A stretch of 64,000 nucleotides of DNA from Candidatus Multivorans sp. (GCA_965216125.1 OZ244152.1:4696578-4760577); one strand, 5' to 3'; counted from the first letter of the stretch, positions 49,669 to 59,832 are shown. Made by a program: numbers and translations. Notes: generated from the sequence alone by a model not told the origin.

Positions 49669-50276
49669 GTCTCCTCCGACTGCGCGACGGGCAAGTGGGA
49701 ACTGGCTAGCACTAGCCTGACAAGGTCCGCCTGCCTTGGACTCCAGGTCCTCGAAAGAGCCTGTTGAACGAGCCAACGGACGGAATCCAGCTTCCGGTTG
49801 CTGCCTAGCGCGATCTCGCGAATCGTCATTCCCTCAGCCAGGGCCACTGCTACCCGGCTCTCGGCAGGTGTCAGTCCTAGTGACTTCGCGACTTGCTCGG
49901 GTCTAAGTCGAACCTGGCGCCAAGGGTCCAAGATCACCACAATCGCTGCGACGCCTGGGCAACCACCGTTGGCCTGATTCACATAGACGGTCAGCGGCCG
50001 CTCATTCGGCCAAGCACCGACAACCATGAACCCGCCGGTCCCAGACTCGGCCTGACCAGCGAGTGCAGGCCCCAGAACGCGCTCCAGAGCGTCGGTATCC
50101 ACCGCTCGCCTGGCATCTAGCTTCCCGTCCCGCTCATGAAGGCCCCCCTCCTGGCTGAGGATCTCGCGGCCGCGGGCGTTCGACTCGATGATCGCGCCGT
50201 CACGGTCGAGGCCGATCAGGCCCACCTGACGCTGATCTACGAGCGCTTCAGCGAGGTTTAGTGGCGGGGCAGGCAT
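49665..50276 (-). CDS. PAS-like + LuxR HTH regulator (possibly N-terminally shortened)
   Basis: LIGLDRDGAIIESNARG, LGLTPAESRVAVALAEGMTIREIA and RQADLVRLVL. Confidence 0.85.
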   Translation of the reverse strand: MPAPPLNLAEALVDQRQVGLIGLDRDGAIIESNARGREILSQEGGLHERDGKLDARRAVDTDALERVLGPALAGQAESGTGGFMVVGAWPNERPLTVYVNQANGGCPGVAAIVVILDPWRQVRLRPEQVAKSLGLTPAESRVAVALAEGMTIREIALGSNRKLDSVRWLVQQALSRTWSPRQADLVRLVLASSHLPVAQSEET

Positions 50277-50288
50277 GGATCAACAGGG

Positions 50289-51698
50289 TCAACGAGGGCT
50301 CAGGCCGTGGCGAGAGTCGACTTCTGTTTCGACGGAGTGCCAGGTCGCGCCCGTCCACCCCTCTCGGAGCGGCTGTGTTAGTTCCGCCTTGCGGTCCCGA
50401 GCCGTTCCTTCAGCACCCAGCTCCTCGATCTTCCTCCGAATCTCGCTCTCCAGTACCGCCCACTCGCGGGGACCGATTGCTCGTACCCCACCACTGCCGT
50501 TCGTCACTTCATCCTCGTCGATGGTGCACATGAACAGGTCATCACCTTGCGCGAGGACTCGACTAGACAGTCGGTCAGCACCCGAAGCGGTAGCGCACTC
50601 CACCAGCACAGACATGACGGCAGCAACATCCGAGAAAGTGTTCGGCGCGCTCCGCGGGCGAATCGGGTTGGCGACAGCGGCGGAGATTCCCGCCGCGGCG
50701 ACCGCTAAAAAGGTAGCCCCGGCGACCAGCGCCCTAGGACGCGCTTGACCGGGTCTGAGAATGGCCCTGACTCTCCTGTCCAACTGTGAGCGCCGTGCCA
50801 TCGGCAATGACAAGACCGGTCGAGCCGACACCGTGCTCTCCGCCAGCGACAGAAGGTGTCCCGCATACTCGGACGGTCGGGCGCCGGTCGCCAGCACTTC
50901 CTCGTCGCAGGCCTCCTCGCGTCTCACCGCGGCAAGGTGCGACGCCACCCAACTCAGGGGATGGAACCAGTAGAAGGCCAGAACGGCGCGGCCTGCGATC
51001 TGGCGGAGAGCGTCGCGTCTTCGGACGTGGACCAATTCATGGGCCAGGACGACATGGCGGCGCGCTTCAGACCACTTTGCCGCCGAGGCCGGGAGCAGGA
51101 TGACCGGCCTCCGCAAGCCCCCCGTCATCGGCGTCACGGACTCCGTTCCCAGAACGAGTCGCACGTCGGCACGGATGGTTAGTTGCTTCCGTAGTGCGTC
51201 TAGATGCTCAAGCCAAGCTTCGTTCTCCACGGGCTGCGCGGCACGTACCTGCCTGTGGAACCGGAAAGCACCGACGCCCAACGAAGCGAGCGAAGCCGCG
51301 CAGCCGATCGCCCAGAGTACGAAAGCCAACTGAGTCAAGCGCCATGGCGCTGGCGCTTCCACCGGCCCTCGGACCTCGGGAGCGTCAGCGGCCACGGGAA
51401 CAAGAGTTCCAGCAGCCGAGACAACGGAGGCTCCATGCTCGAGTGCGTCAAAGCCTGGCTCCTCGCTCGGCCTGCTGGCCTGAGGAAGGAGCGGCATTTC
51501 CCAGGAAGGGCCGACCAGTCTAAGGACGGGCAGCAGGAGCAGGAGTGCGAACGTCAGCGTCCACAGGTGATGGCGCGTCGCTGCGGCCCCCCTGCGGGTC
51601 AACCACTGAAAAGCCAACGACACGGACAACAAGATCGTCGCCCGGGCGACGAGATCAACCAGGCCCACCGACTCAGTTGTCGCGAAGAGATCGGTCAC
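50289..51698 (-). CDS. BlaR1/MecR1-like M56 metallopeptidase
   Basis: AATRHHLW, PMTGGLRRPVILLP, LAHELVHVRRRD, YWFHPL and REEACD. The GTG start overlaps the blaI stop. Confidence 0.92.
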   Translation of the reverse strand: MTDLFATTESVGLVDLVARATILLSVSLAFQWLTRRGAAATRHHLWTLTFALLLLLPVLRLVGPSWEMPLLPQASRPSEEPGFDALEHGASVVSAAGTLVPVAADAPEVRGPVEAPAPWRLTQLAFVLWAIGCAASLASLGVGAFRFHRQVRAAQPVENEAWLEHLDALRKQLTIRADVRLVLGTESVTPMTGGLRRPVILLPASAAKWSEARRHVVLAHELVHVRRRDALRQIAGRAVLAFYWFHPLSWVASHLAAVRREEACDEEVLATGARPSEYAGHLLSLAESTVSARPVLSLPMARRSQLDRRVRAILRPGQARPRALVAGATFLAVAAAGISAAVANPIRPRSAPNTFSDVAAVMSVLVECATASGADRLSSRVLAQGDDLFMCTIDEDEVTNGSGGVRAIGPREWAVLESEIRRKIEELGAEGTARDRKAELTQPLREGWTGATWHSVETEVDSRHGLSPR

Positions 51699-52078
51699 CG
51701 CCCCTCCCGGGAAGCCCGGTCGATGAACGCTCGCAAACGTTCTCGATCCTCGGGCGTGGGGCTGCTGTCTTCCAGTTCGAGCAGCGTGGCCACCGCGCCT
51801 TCCACAGAGCCACCGAAGAAGGTTCTGACGACGTGTCGCATCGCCGAACGCCGCGCCCGCGAGATGGGAACGCACGGCGAGTACACGTAGCGGACACCAT
51901 CCCGCTTGCTGCTCAAGTGTCCCTTCTTGACGAGGATTCGAAGCACCGACCGAACCGCCGAGTCCGTCGGTGGTTCCGCCATGCGGTCACGGATCTGCGC
52001 GCCAGTCGCGACTTCAAGTTCATGGACGATGTCCATGACCTCGCGCTCTCTTCGGCTGAGTTGGGGCAACTCGCTCAT
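51695..52078 (-). CDS. BlaI/MecI/CopY family repressor
   Basis: LSRREREVMDIV, SAVRSVLRILVKKG and TFFGGS. Confidence 0.94.
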   Translation of the reverse strand: MSELPQLSRREREVMDIVHELEVATGAQIRDRMAEPPTDSAVRSVLRILVKKGHLSSKRDGVRYVYSPCVPISRARRSAMRHVVRTFFGGSVEGAVATLLELEDSSPTPEDRERLRAFIDRASREGR

Positions 52079-52148
52079 GACTAGCCAGTCTCTTGGGACC
52101 GGAATCGCTGATCCAGCACCACTACCTCGCGAAGGCTAGACCAGAACA

Positions 52149-52164
52149 TGTTGAAAAATCAACA
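52149..52164. promoter_or_regulatory. Candidate BlaI-type operator
   Basis: Perfect TGTTGA-N4-TCAACA inverted repeat about 70 bp upstream of blaI. Confidence 0.6.
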
Positions 52165-52263
52165 CCACGAAGCCGGCGACCTCTCCCGATCACATCAGGT
52201 CTGTGCCGCTAGTTCTGGCTGGCTAGGCGACGCAAACGGTACAACCAAGGGTAGAGGTTCGCG

Positions 52264-55200
52264 TCAACCGCCCAGGTCCACCTCGGTGGTTCGCCGCCGT
52301 TCGGTGACGACGGTCCACGACTCGCTGCCCCAGCGCACCAGGTAGGCGCCGACCGGGAGGTTTGGAATCGTCTCCCCGACAGAGAAAGTCGGTGCACCGC
52401 CGAACCACATGCGGAGCTGCCCGAGATTCCAGCCTCCGGGCGTCGAGATCGTGACGCCTCCAGCACGGGTTTCGCCGATCAGGGCCAATGAGGCAGTTGA
52501 GGCGCCCGGTTCGAACGTCAGGCCCCGCGCCATTGCCTGGCGGATACTCTGCCAATCGCCGAGTACCCACCGCCCGTCCGCATTGCAAGCGGCTCGGACC
52601 AGCTCACCCAGCGGCGGTTCGAGAGGCACTTCGGCCCGGCCGCCCCGGACCTGGACGAGTTGGCCTCCTGAGGCATTGTCCGTCTCCACCAAACAGAAGC
52701 CGCCGTTGCCGCCACGAAGTTCGATCCTCAGCCGGTCCGAAACCGGCTCGTCTACGAGATGAAGCTGAACAGACGCCCGGTCGCCCTGCCGGCTGAGTTC
52801 CACCTCCACGAGGTCCGATCGAAGGTGCCGGTACCGCGCCCGCACCTGGTATCGCCCGGGGCGCATGCCCAGCATCCGGAAACGCCCCTGACTGTCCGAC
52901 ATCACCGGCGGCTGATCGGGGAACGCCTCCACCGTCGCACGGTCGGCTGGCCTGCCCGCCGGGTCGAACACGGTGCCTTGCAGCGACACACCGTCGTAGG
53001 CGATGTCGCGCACCACCTCGCTCCGCGCGCCGGCCGGCACGCTCACCACATGCGGTTCCTGGGCACCGCCAGCGAGCGGCACCCAAAGGACCTCCCATTC
53101 ACCCGGGAGCACTGACTCCAGGCGATACACGCCGTCTCCATCCAGCGGAGCCTGAAGGTCCTGGAGCCGGTCCACGACAGCTTCGACCCGCTCAAGTCCG
53201 CCAGTTCGAGAGCGGAAGAAACCGCCCGGCACCTCGGTCTCGGGACTCCGCCGCCGCCAGAGCAGCGTCCCGGAAGCCGGAACTCCGTCCATCGTTACGC
53301 GACCCGTGACCTGCACACTCCGATCGTTGCAGCGGGTAGCGAGGTCCCCCTCCGGCTCGACGATTCTCTTCGTACAGATGGGCTGCCCGTCCCCGTTCAG
53401 GACGACGACCGCCAGCGGACCCTCTGGCACCGTGCGAAAGACTGCCTCCCGGCCATCAAGCGCCGCGGTCATCTTCTCTGGCGCCACCGCGTCGGCGATG
53501 GCCAGCTCGACCAGACCGCGTTCCGTGTCCGAACGCACCGTGATCTGACGCCCGCGGGAAAGCTCGACCGTGCCGAGATCGACCCGCTCCGCTCCTTCAA
53601 TGTGGATCTCCAACCGACGCGGCGCGTACCCCTCGGCCGCCACCCGTACGCTGGCAGGCCCCGCCTCCAACCCGTGGAGCTCGAAGTAACCCTCCAGACC
53701 GGACGTCGCAGTGAGAGAGCCGCCAAGAAGCGGCGCCAGGAGCGGCCCCGCCTCGGATGGCGGAGTCGACGTCACGGACGCTCCGGCCAGCAGTTCGTAG
53801 CCCTCGCCGACGACGTAGCCGGAGACCACGGCCGACGGTGATGCCCGGACGACGCCGAGATCGATCGTCTCACCGCCGGCGGCCGTTACCTCCACACGCG
53901 CCGAACCGACGTTGCCGGCCGTCAGCTCAAGCTCCCAGACGCCGCCACCGGGCAAATCGACGGAGAAAGCGCCGTCCGCACGGATCGTGCCGCTCAGGAG
54001 AAGATCACCGGCGCCTCGGGCGTTGAATCGGCCGTTCGCAGCCGCCGTCAGCCCATCGGCTGCAAGGTAGACCCCGGTGACCGTCAGGGCAGGCTCCAGT
54101 TCAATCACGAACGGTTCGTCCGGCCCGCGTCCGACACCGGTCGGAAGCCGCGGAAGGGCAAACCCGTAGCCGCGTGCCGTGACCTGAAGCTCCCGCCCGT
54201 ACCGCACCTGCACATCGGCAAGGCCGTCTGTCCCCGTCAGCTTCTCAAGGCCGTCTGCAGCTCGGATCATGGCCCCGTTTACTGGTGAGCGACGCAGGGC
54301 ATCGATGACCTGGACCCAGACGACCTCCACCCCGCTCAGCACGATGTCTCCAAGGTCAAACGAGCCTTCGAGTTCAAGCCGGCGGGCGATCTCCAAGGCG
54401 CCGTCCACCTCCGCGACGGCGCGCAGGGTGGCGTCGCCGGCCGGGAATCCGCGCAGCAGGAAACGGCCGTCGGTCCCGGTCCTGCCCCTCTGCAACTGGG
54501 TCAGACCGAAGCCGTCCCTGATGAAGGAGCGGCCGTACAGTCGGGCCGCGACCGGATCGCCATCGCCATTCACGATTCGGCCGCTCAGGAAGAAGCCCGG
54601 TTCGAGCTCCACCCGGTCCGGCACGTCGCGCAACGTCGAGAACGCCACCGCTTCAAGACCTTCGCTTGAGACGATGACGGCCGAATCTCCTTCGCCGGGC
54701 AGATGGAACCCAACCCGACCTTCCTCGTCCGTCTGCTCGAAGCCCAGGATCTCCGTCTGACTGAGGCCACCCTTGCCGGGGCGAACAAGATGGAAGCGGG
54801 CGTCGGCGAGCGGGGCGCCATCCGCTGCAATCTCGTGGCTCACCGCCCGGGTCTGGCTGAGTCGGAGCGAAACCTCACTGGCCCCGTCCGGGACATCCGC
54901 CCACCGCGAGCAGCGTCCCTCGCTACACGCCTGCACACGCCACGGACCGGGACCGTGCGGCAAGCGGGCGGCCGAGGTCTCTGCATCCCAGGTCGGCAGC
55001 AGGCTGCGGGGCACCTCCCGCCACATCGCGGAAGGCGCGACGGTCACCTTAGGCGAAGGCCCCTCCGCCGGATATTCACCCAAGTTGAGTAACCGCACGA
55101 GGAGGCCGGCTCCGGGAGCCACAGCCGAGGCCGCGCCCGCGTCGCTGCACACAGGCGCCAAGTCGGAACCCGGTAGTCGCTTCACCGGCGGGCAGACATC

Positions 55201-55452
55201 GTTCCATACCCAGCAGGCGCGGACGTCGCCTTCGGGCCCGGCAAGGGCGAAGATCTCCGGCCACCCCCTTTCCGCGGGTGTGTTTGCCGCCAACAGCGGA
55301 AGCGGCCGGGCAACCCCGTCGCCGCTCAGACAAACGAGCTGCAAATCCCCGGCCGGCTGGGCGGAACCCTGAGACACCGCCGCGCACACGAGGAGGGCAA
55401 GGACAACGACCCGCCAGCGGCACCGACGGGCTACGACAACGGAAGGTCGCAT
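52264..55452 (-). CDS. Large secreted protein with repeated carboxypeptidase-regulatory-like (beta-sandwich) domains
   Basis: Signal peptide and repeated 'G-x-V...T-D-x-x-G-x-F...L-x-x-G' units; RBS AGGAG. Confidence 0.8.
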   Translation of the reverse strand: MRPSVVVARRCRWRVVVLALLVCAAVSQGSAQPAGDLQLVCLSGDGVARPLPLLAANTPAERGWPEIFALAGPEGDVRACWVWNDVCPPVKRLPGSDLAPVCSDAGAASAVAPGAGLLVRLLNLGEYPAEGPSPKVTVAPSAMWREVPRSLLPTWDAETSAARLPHGPGPWRVQACSEGRCSRWADVPDGASEVSLRLSQTRAVSHEIAADGAPLADARFHLVRPGKGGLSQTEILGFEQTDEEGRVGFHLPGEGDSAVIVSSEGLEAVAFSTLRDVPDRVELEPGFFLSGRIVNGDGDPVAARLYGRSFIRDGFGLTQLQRGRTGTDGRFLLRGFPAGDATLRAVAEVDGALEIARRLELEGSFDLGDIVLSGVEVVWVQVIDALRRSPVNGAMIRAADGLEKLTGTDGLADVQVRYGRELQVTARGYGFALPRLPTGVGRGPDEPFVIELEPALTVTGVYLAADGLTAAANGRFNARGAGDLLLSGTIRADGAFSVDLPGGGVWELELTAGNVGSARVEVTAAGGETIDLGVVRASPSAVVSGYVVGEGYELLAGASVTSTPPSEAGPLLAPLLGGSLTATSGLEGYFELHGLEAGPASVRVAAEGYAPRRLEIHIEGAERVDLGTVELSRGRQITVRSDTERGLVELAIADAVAPEKMTAALDGREAVFRTVPEGPLAVVVLNGDGQPICTKRIVEPEGDLATRCNDRSVQVTGRVTMDGVPASGTLLWRRRSPETEVPGGFFRSRTGGLERVEAVVDRLQDLQAPLDGDGVYRLESVLPGEWEVLWVPLAGGAQEPHVVSVPAGARSEVVRDIAYDGVSLQGTVFDPAGRPADRATVEAFPDQPPVMSDSQGRFRMLGMRPGRYQVRARYRHLRSDLVEVELSRQGDRASVQLHLVDEPVSDRLRIELRGGNGGFCLVETDNASGGQLVQVRGGRAEVPLEPPLGELVRAACNADGRWVLGDWQSIRQAMARGLTFEPGASTASLALIGETRAGGVTISTPGGWNLGQLRMWFGGAPTFSVGETIPNLPVGAYLVRWGSESWTVVTERRRTTEVDLGG

Positions 55453-55462
55453 GATCTCCTGA

Positions 55463-56863
55463 CTAACTCCCGGCGCGGAGGCGGGCTTCGAAGAGCTCGG
55501 CCGGTCTTTCCACGTTTCCCGATGCCAGTCGCGTGGCCCCCCGGATGAGGAGAACTGCCCGGTCGCCGGAGAGGTCCACACGCAGCCGGGCGTCCGCCAG
55601 GTCCGACTTCACGGCGCACGGCGCGGTAGACACTCTCCGCAGGTCGTCCACGCGAGCATGGACGATGTCCCAGCAGACGCTCGCCTTTTGAGCGGAGGGC
55701 ACTCGGGGAGCTGATGGCTGCGTAGCTCCCCCCACATCGGCCCGCTGCCCCGCGGCCGCCAGCAGCCGGGCCGCCCGCTCCCCGGTGAGGACAACCGTTC
55801 CGCCCTGCGACGCGGCTTCCTCCAGCAGTTCGGCCACCTCAGAGGCGGGGAGACTGTCCAGTCCCAGCGCAACGGCCGTCGGCGTTCCCTTTGCGACCCC
55901 GGCACTCGCCTTGGTCGTCGCGGTCTGTTCGGCGCCTCCCCCGGGGCCAGCGGGCGCTCGACTGCCATTCGTCGACACCGAAGTCACCGGCTCGCCGTCC
56001 TCCACATGACGAACGAAGAGGAACACGTCGCCCTCACCGTTCGCCGCCACCTCGTCGATGACCCGGTGTCGGCTCAGCCAGGAGGCCCGGAATTCCTCCT
56101 TGTAGAGGAGCGGCTTCTGTTCCGGGCCACAGTCCGGTCGGCTGGCTGAAAACGCCCCTGTGTCCACGGTTCCCCGGAGAATGCCGTCCGTGCCGTACAG
56201 GAATGCGCCTGGCTCAGCGCCGGGGACCACCAAGACCAGATCGTCCGCCACGAACCGGCCAAGTGAGAGTTCCACCGGATAGCAGGAATCCAAAGCAGCG
56301 CCGCCGTCGCGGGTCGGCAGTACTCCCCGGACACCGCCTTCGGCATCGAACAGCCAGGCGACGTATGGCTCCCAGATGTCGTCAGGGCCGGGGGACGGCT
56401 CAGGCCGCCGCGCGAGGCCTACTGCAACCGTCCAGCCATTGCGATGATCCAGATCACCGACGATCTCCAAGTTCGTCTTGAGCGCCATGATCCGCCCGTC
56501 GCGTTGCCGATACACGCCGAAGAGATCGCCGGCAAAGACCAGCCCGTCCGCTGGTCCGCCGCCGAGTCGGCTGTAGTTCCCGTACCTTGCCGCGCGGCGG
56601 TAGGTCGTGCCCGCGAGCGTAACCATCAGTCGAGTTTCGAGCGTCCCCGGCGTCCACGAGTGGACCGCGTCTTGGCGGAGGCCGACCAGCAGGCTGCCGT
56701 CAGCTAGCCAGCGAACATCCTCCGCCGTCGCGATCTCGACCGGCGGTTTCAAGGGTCGAAGCTCCTCGAGAACCGGCGGCGAGAGACCGGGCCCCTGAGC
56801 CATCGCCGACTGTGAGGCAGCGATGGCCCAGAAAGCGGAGCCGGCGAGGGAGGCCGTCTTCAA
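55463..56863 (-). CDS. Secreted hypothetical protein, probable beta-propeller
   Basis: Signal peptide, DVRWLADGSLLVG and IVGDLDH blade-like segments, several Cys. Overlaps the upstream stop. Confidence 0.65.
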   Translation of the reverse strand: MKTASLAGSAFWAIAASQSAMAQGPGLSPPVLEELRPLKPPVEIATAEDVRWLADGSLLVGLRQDAVHSWTPGTLETRLMVTLAGTTYRRAARYGNYSRLGGGPADGLVFAGDLFGVYRQRDGRIMALKTNLEIVGDLDHRNGWTVAVGLARRPEPSPGPDDIWEPYVAWLFDAEGGVRGVLPTRDGGAALDSCYPVELSLGRFVADDLVLVVPGAEPGAFLYGTDGILRGTVDTGAFSASRPDCGPEQKPLLYKEEFRASWLSRHRVIDEVAANGEGDVFLFVRHVEDGEPVTSVSTNGSRAPAGPGGGAEQTATTKASAGVAKGTPTAVALGLDSLPASEVAELLEEAASQGGTVVLTGERAARLLAAAGQRADVGGATQPSAPRVPSAQKASVCWDIVHARVDDLRRVSTAPCAVKSDLADARLRVDLSGDRAVLLIRGATRLASGNVERPAELFEARLRAGS

Positions 56864-57321
56864 CGGGCTGACACCTGTGCCGTCAATCGGCTGCGGGAAC
56901 GGTCCTTCACAACGGGGGCAACACGCTCCCGGCTAGCCATTCGCACCCGGTTGTACAGACGCGGCTCGTCGCAAGTAGGCTGCTGCTGAAGCGTGAACGC
57001 GAGACCTGTGTCAAGCGCCAAGCTAACCGGCTGATTGGGCTCCTGGGCTTGATTGAAAATGCGAGGTGCGTAAAGAGCTACGGCCGCGCTCTGGCTCTGA
57101 GAATCGACGGGTTCCCCATCATCGACCGTCGTCAACGGGATGAATGTGCATTCCATGCAGCCCCCGCCGGTACCGTGACAAACGTTATTCCCTCTATCGG
57201 GATGCGAATTTCGGTAGACGCCGCAGATGACCAAGATCTGTGACTGGGCGACGGCTGGGCCGAGCACGGCGAAGCCGAGCGCGACTACTGCAGTGCGAAT
57301 GAGTCCGATTCTCTTGTTCAC
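56860..57321 (-). CDS. Small secreted Cys-rich protein
   Basis: RBS AAGGAG and GTG start; signal peptide ending AVAQS; ICGVY...VCHGTGGGCMEC. Confidence 0.7.
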   Translation of the reverse strand: MNKRIGLIRTAVVALGFAVLGPAVAQSQILVICGVYRNSHPDRGNNVCHGTGGGCMECTFIPLTTVDDGEPVDSQSQSAAVALYAPRIFNQAQEPNQPVSLALDTGLAFTLQQQPTCDEPRLYNRVRMASRERVAPVVKDRSRSRLTAQVSAR

Positions 57322-57506
57322 TTGAATGTCTCCTTGGTCGAACCTGTTGGCAAGTGCGATCAAAGTAGTAGGAGACCACCCCATGTGTCGCCAGTCATAT
57401 CCATGGTGGTATTAGCACCCGCCCGAATTCACCCCTTCAAATGATGGGTTCCCGTCCGCCACCCGCGCAGTGAGAGAATCCCCGCCAAGCCAACCCGGAG
57501 ACCGCC

Positions 57507-59060
57507 ATGAGCTGGACCGACGACATCAAGGAGATCGAACGCCAGCGCCGCATGGCCGAGGAGATGGGCGGCGTCGACAGCGTCGCCTTTCAGCACGGCC
57601 GCGGCAAGCTGACGGTGCGCGAACGCATCGACCTGCTCGCGGACCCGGACAGCTTCCACGAGATCGGCGCGCTGGCCGGAACGGCGACCTGGGAAGGCGA
57701 TCGCGTCGCGGCGCTCAAGCCCTCCAACATGGTGGTCGGCACGGTGCGGGTCGACGGTCGCAAGGTCGCGTTCTCAGGCGGCGACTTCACGATCCGCGGC
57801 GGCGCCTCGGACGCCAACGTCGGCAACAAGAGCCGTTTCGCGGAGCAGTTCGCGCTCCGCAGCCGACTGCCCTTCGTGCGTCTTCTCGATGCGACGGGCG
57901 GCAGCGTCAAGACCTTCGAGCAGATCGGCAGGACGTATCTGCCCGGAGGCGCCGGAACCGACGTGTCGGCCCAGCTCCTGCAAACCGTTCCCGTGGTCTC
58001 GGCGGTGCTCGGCTCCGTGGCCGGCCTGCCGGCCGTCCAGGCGTGCCTCTGTCACTTCAACGTCATGGTCAAGGGCACCAGCCAGGTGTTCGTCGCCGGC
58101 CCGAAGGTGGTCGAGCAGGCGACCGGCCAGCGGATCACCAAGGAGGAACTAGGCGACGAGCGCACTCAGGTCAGGAACGGCGTCGTGATGAACCTGGCCG
58201 AGGACGAAGCCGACGCGATCAGCCAGGTGCGGCGGTTCCTCTCCTACCTGCCCTCGAGCGTCTGGGAGGCGCCGCCGGAGCAGCCGCCGGACGACGATCC
58301 GGATCGGCGCGCGGAGTCGCTGCTGTCGGTGGTGCCGCGGGACCGGCGCCGCACCCACGACCCCCACGAGATCGTCGGCGTCGTGGTCGACGAGGGCAGC
58401 TTCTTCGAGATCGGGCCCTACTACGGCCGGGCCCGCGTCACAGGCCTCGCCCGCGTCGACGGCATGCCCTGCGGCGTCATGAGCAACGACCCCCGGTTCA
58501 ACGGCGGGTCGATGGACATCGCGGCCGGCGAGAAGATGCTGCGCCTCCTGGAACTCTGCGAGACCTTCCACCTGCCGCTCGTCTACTTCGCCGACGAGCC
58601 CGGGTTCTCGGTCGGACCCGGGCAGGAGCGCTTAGGGATAGTGCGGGCGGGCGCCCGCGTCGTGACGGCGCTCAACTTGACCCAAACGCCCTACATCTGC
58701 TTCGTCGTGCGGCAGCTCTACGGAGTCGCCGGCGGACTCCACTGGCGCGGCCAGGGCCTCTACCGCCGCTACGCCTGGCCCTCGGCGCACGGCGGCTCGA
58801 TGCACATCCAGGGCGGGACCGCGATCGCCTACAAGCGCGAGATCGAAGCGGCCGCAGATCCGGAGGCCAAGCGCGCCGAGATCGAAGCGCGACTGTTCGC
58901 CATCTCTTCGCCCTTCCGCAATGCCCATGCCTTCGGCGTCGAGGAGATCATCGATCCCCGCGACACGCGGCCCCTGCTGGTGGACTTCATGGGCGACGCG
59001 CGGCGGGTGGTGACGGCGGAGCTTCTCGGACCGGCGACGGGGCCAAGCTACCGGCCGTAG
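57507..59060 (+). CDS. Acyl-CoA carboxylase carboxyltransferase (beta) subunit
   Basis: GKLTVRERID, DFTIRGGA, EELG, DEPGF and EEIIDPRDTR. Confidence 0.93.
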   Translation: MSWTDDIKEIERQRRMAEEMGGVDSVAFQHGRGKLTVRERIDLLADPDSFHEIGALAGTATWEGDRVAALKPSNMVVGTVRVDGRKVAFSGGDFTIRGGASDANVGNKSRFAEQFALRSRLPFVRLLDATGGSVKTFEQIGRTYLPGGAGTDVSAQLLQTVPVVSAVLGSVAGLPAVQACLCHFNVMVKGTSQVFVAGPKVVEQATGQRITKEELGDERTQVRNGVVMNLAEDEADAISQVRRFLSYLPSSVWEAPPEQPPDDDPDRRAESLLSVVPRDRRRTHDPHEIVGVVVDEGSFFEIGPYYGRARVTGLARVDGMPCGVMSNDPRFNGGSMDIAAGEKMLRLLELCETFHLPLVYFADEPGFSVGPGQERLGIVRAGARVVTALNLTQTPYICFVVRQLYGVAGGLHWRGQGLYRRYAWPSAHGGSMHIQGGTAIAYKREIEAAADPEAKRAEIEARLFAISSPFRNAHAFGVEEIIDPRDTRPLLVDFMGDARRVVTAELLGPATGPSYRP

Positions 59061-59070
59061 CCCGTCTTTC

Positions 59071-59475
59071 TCAGGAACGCCAAACCTTCAGCGGCACTTG
59101 CGCGGCCGCGTGACGGAAGTCCTGGTCCGTACTCAATACGACCAACTCGTGTCGAATCGCGAGCTGAGCCAGAAGGGCATCGATCGTCCCAAGCTGAACA
59201 CCGTTGCGCCGACAGCGGTTGCGAACTTCGGCAGCCTCAATGTGGTCGTCGCGATCCGGCGTGATCGTTGGCAACGCCGAGAAGCGATGCAGGATCGCGT
59301 CGCGCTGACGGGGGCCCCGGAACCCTTGCAGTAGCTCCTGCAGGATGAGCCCCGTGGTGTATATCGACTCGCGCGCGAAGAGCGCCTCGCGGAGACGCGC
59401 AACCTCCCTTTCGACTCGTGGTTCTCCTCGACGAAGCGCCAGGGACCAGACGCTGGTGTCGACCAGGAAGTTCAT
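59071..59475 (-). CDS. VapC PIN toxin
   Basis: LVDTSVW, ILQELLQG, TIDALLA and STDQDF. Confidence 0.92.
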   Translation of the reverse strand: MNFLVDTSVWSLALRRGEPRVEREVARLREALFARESIYTTGLILQELLQGFRGPRQRDAILHRFSALPTITPDRDDHIEAAEVRNRCRRNGVQLGTIDALLAQLAIRHELVVLSTDQDFRHAAAQVPLKVWRS

Positions 59476-59493
59476 GCGCCGGCCGGTTGGGCG

Positions 59494-59721
59494 TCAGCCC
59501 TCCTTGACCCCAGGCGGCCTTGGCTCTCTGGATCGCTCGCCCTTGGAGTCGTAGGTTTCGTCCCACTCCAGGGTTCCGAACAGATCGAGAATGCCGGCCT
59601 GCTCCCGTCGCGCGAGGAACTCGCGGAGGGCAACGGTCACAGCCGCGGTCTTGGTCTTCTCGCCACTGACTCTGAGGGCTCGCTCAAGGAGTTCGGGATC
59701 GATCGCGAGGTTCGTTGCCAT
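59494..59721 (-). CDS. VapB (DUF2191-type) antitoxin
   Basis: MATNLAIDPELLERALRVSGEKTKTAAVTVALREF. Repeated TGTGCG/CGCACA boxes lie upstream. Confidence 0.9.
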   Translation of the reverse strand: MATNLAIDPELLERALRVSGEKTKTAAVTVALREFLARREQAGILDLFGTLEWDETYDSKGERSREPRPPGVKEG

Positions 59722-59832
59722 GTGCGGATGCTCGCACAATGAGGCGCACAAGACAAGCCTGTCAATCAGCAACCAACCCTGACCGAGCTTCGGCCCACAC
59801 CTCCAAGAACTGCCACGCCGGCGGTGCGCGCC

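Noticed and set aside
50289-52078. blaI/blaR1 as a beta-lactam resistance locus
   Set aside because: There is no beta-lactamase gene and no penicillin-binding sensor domain.
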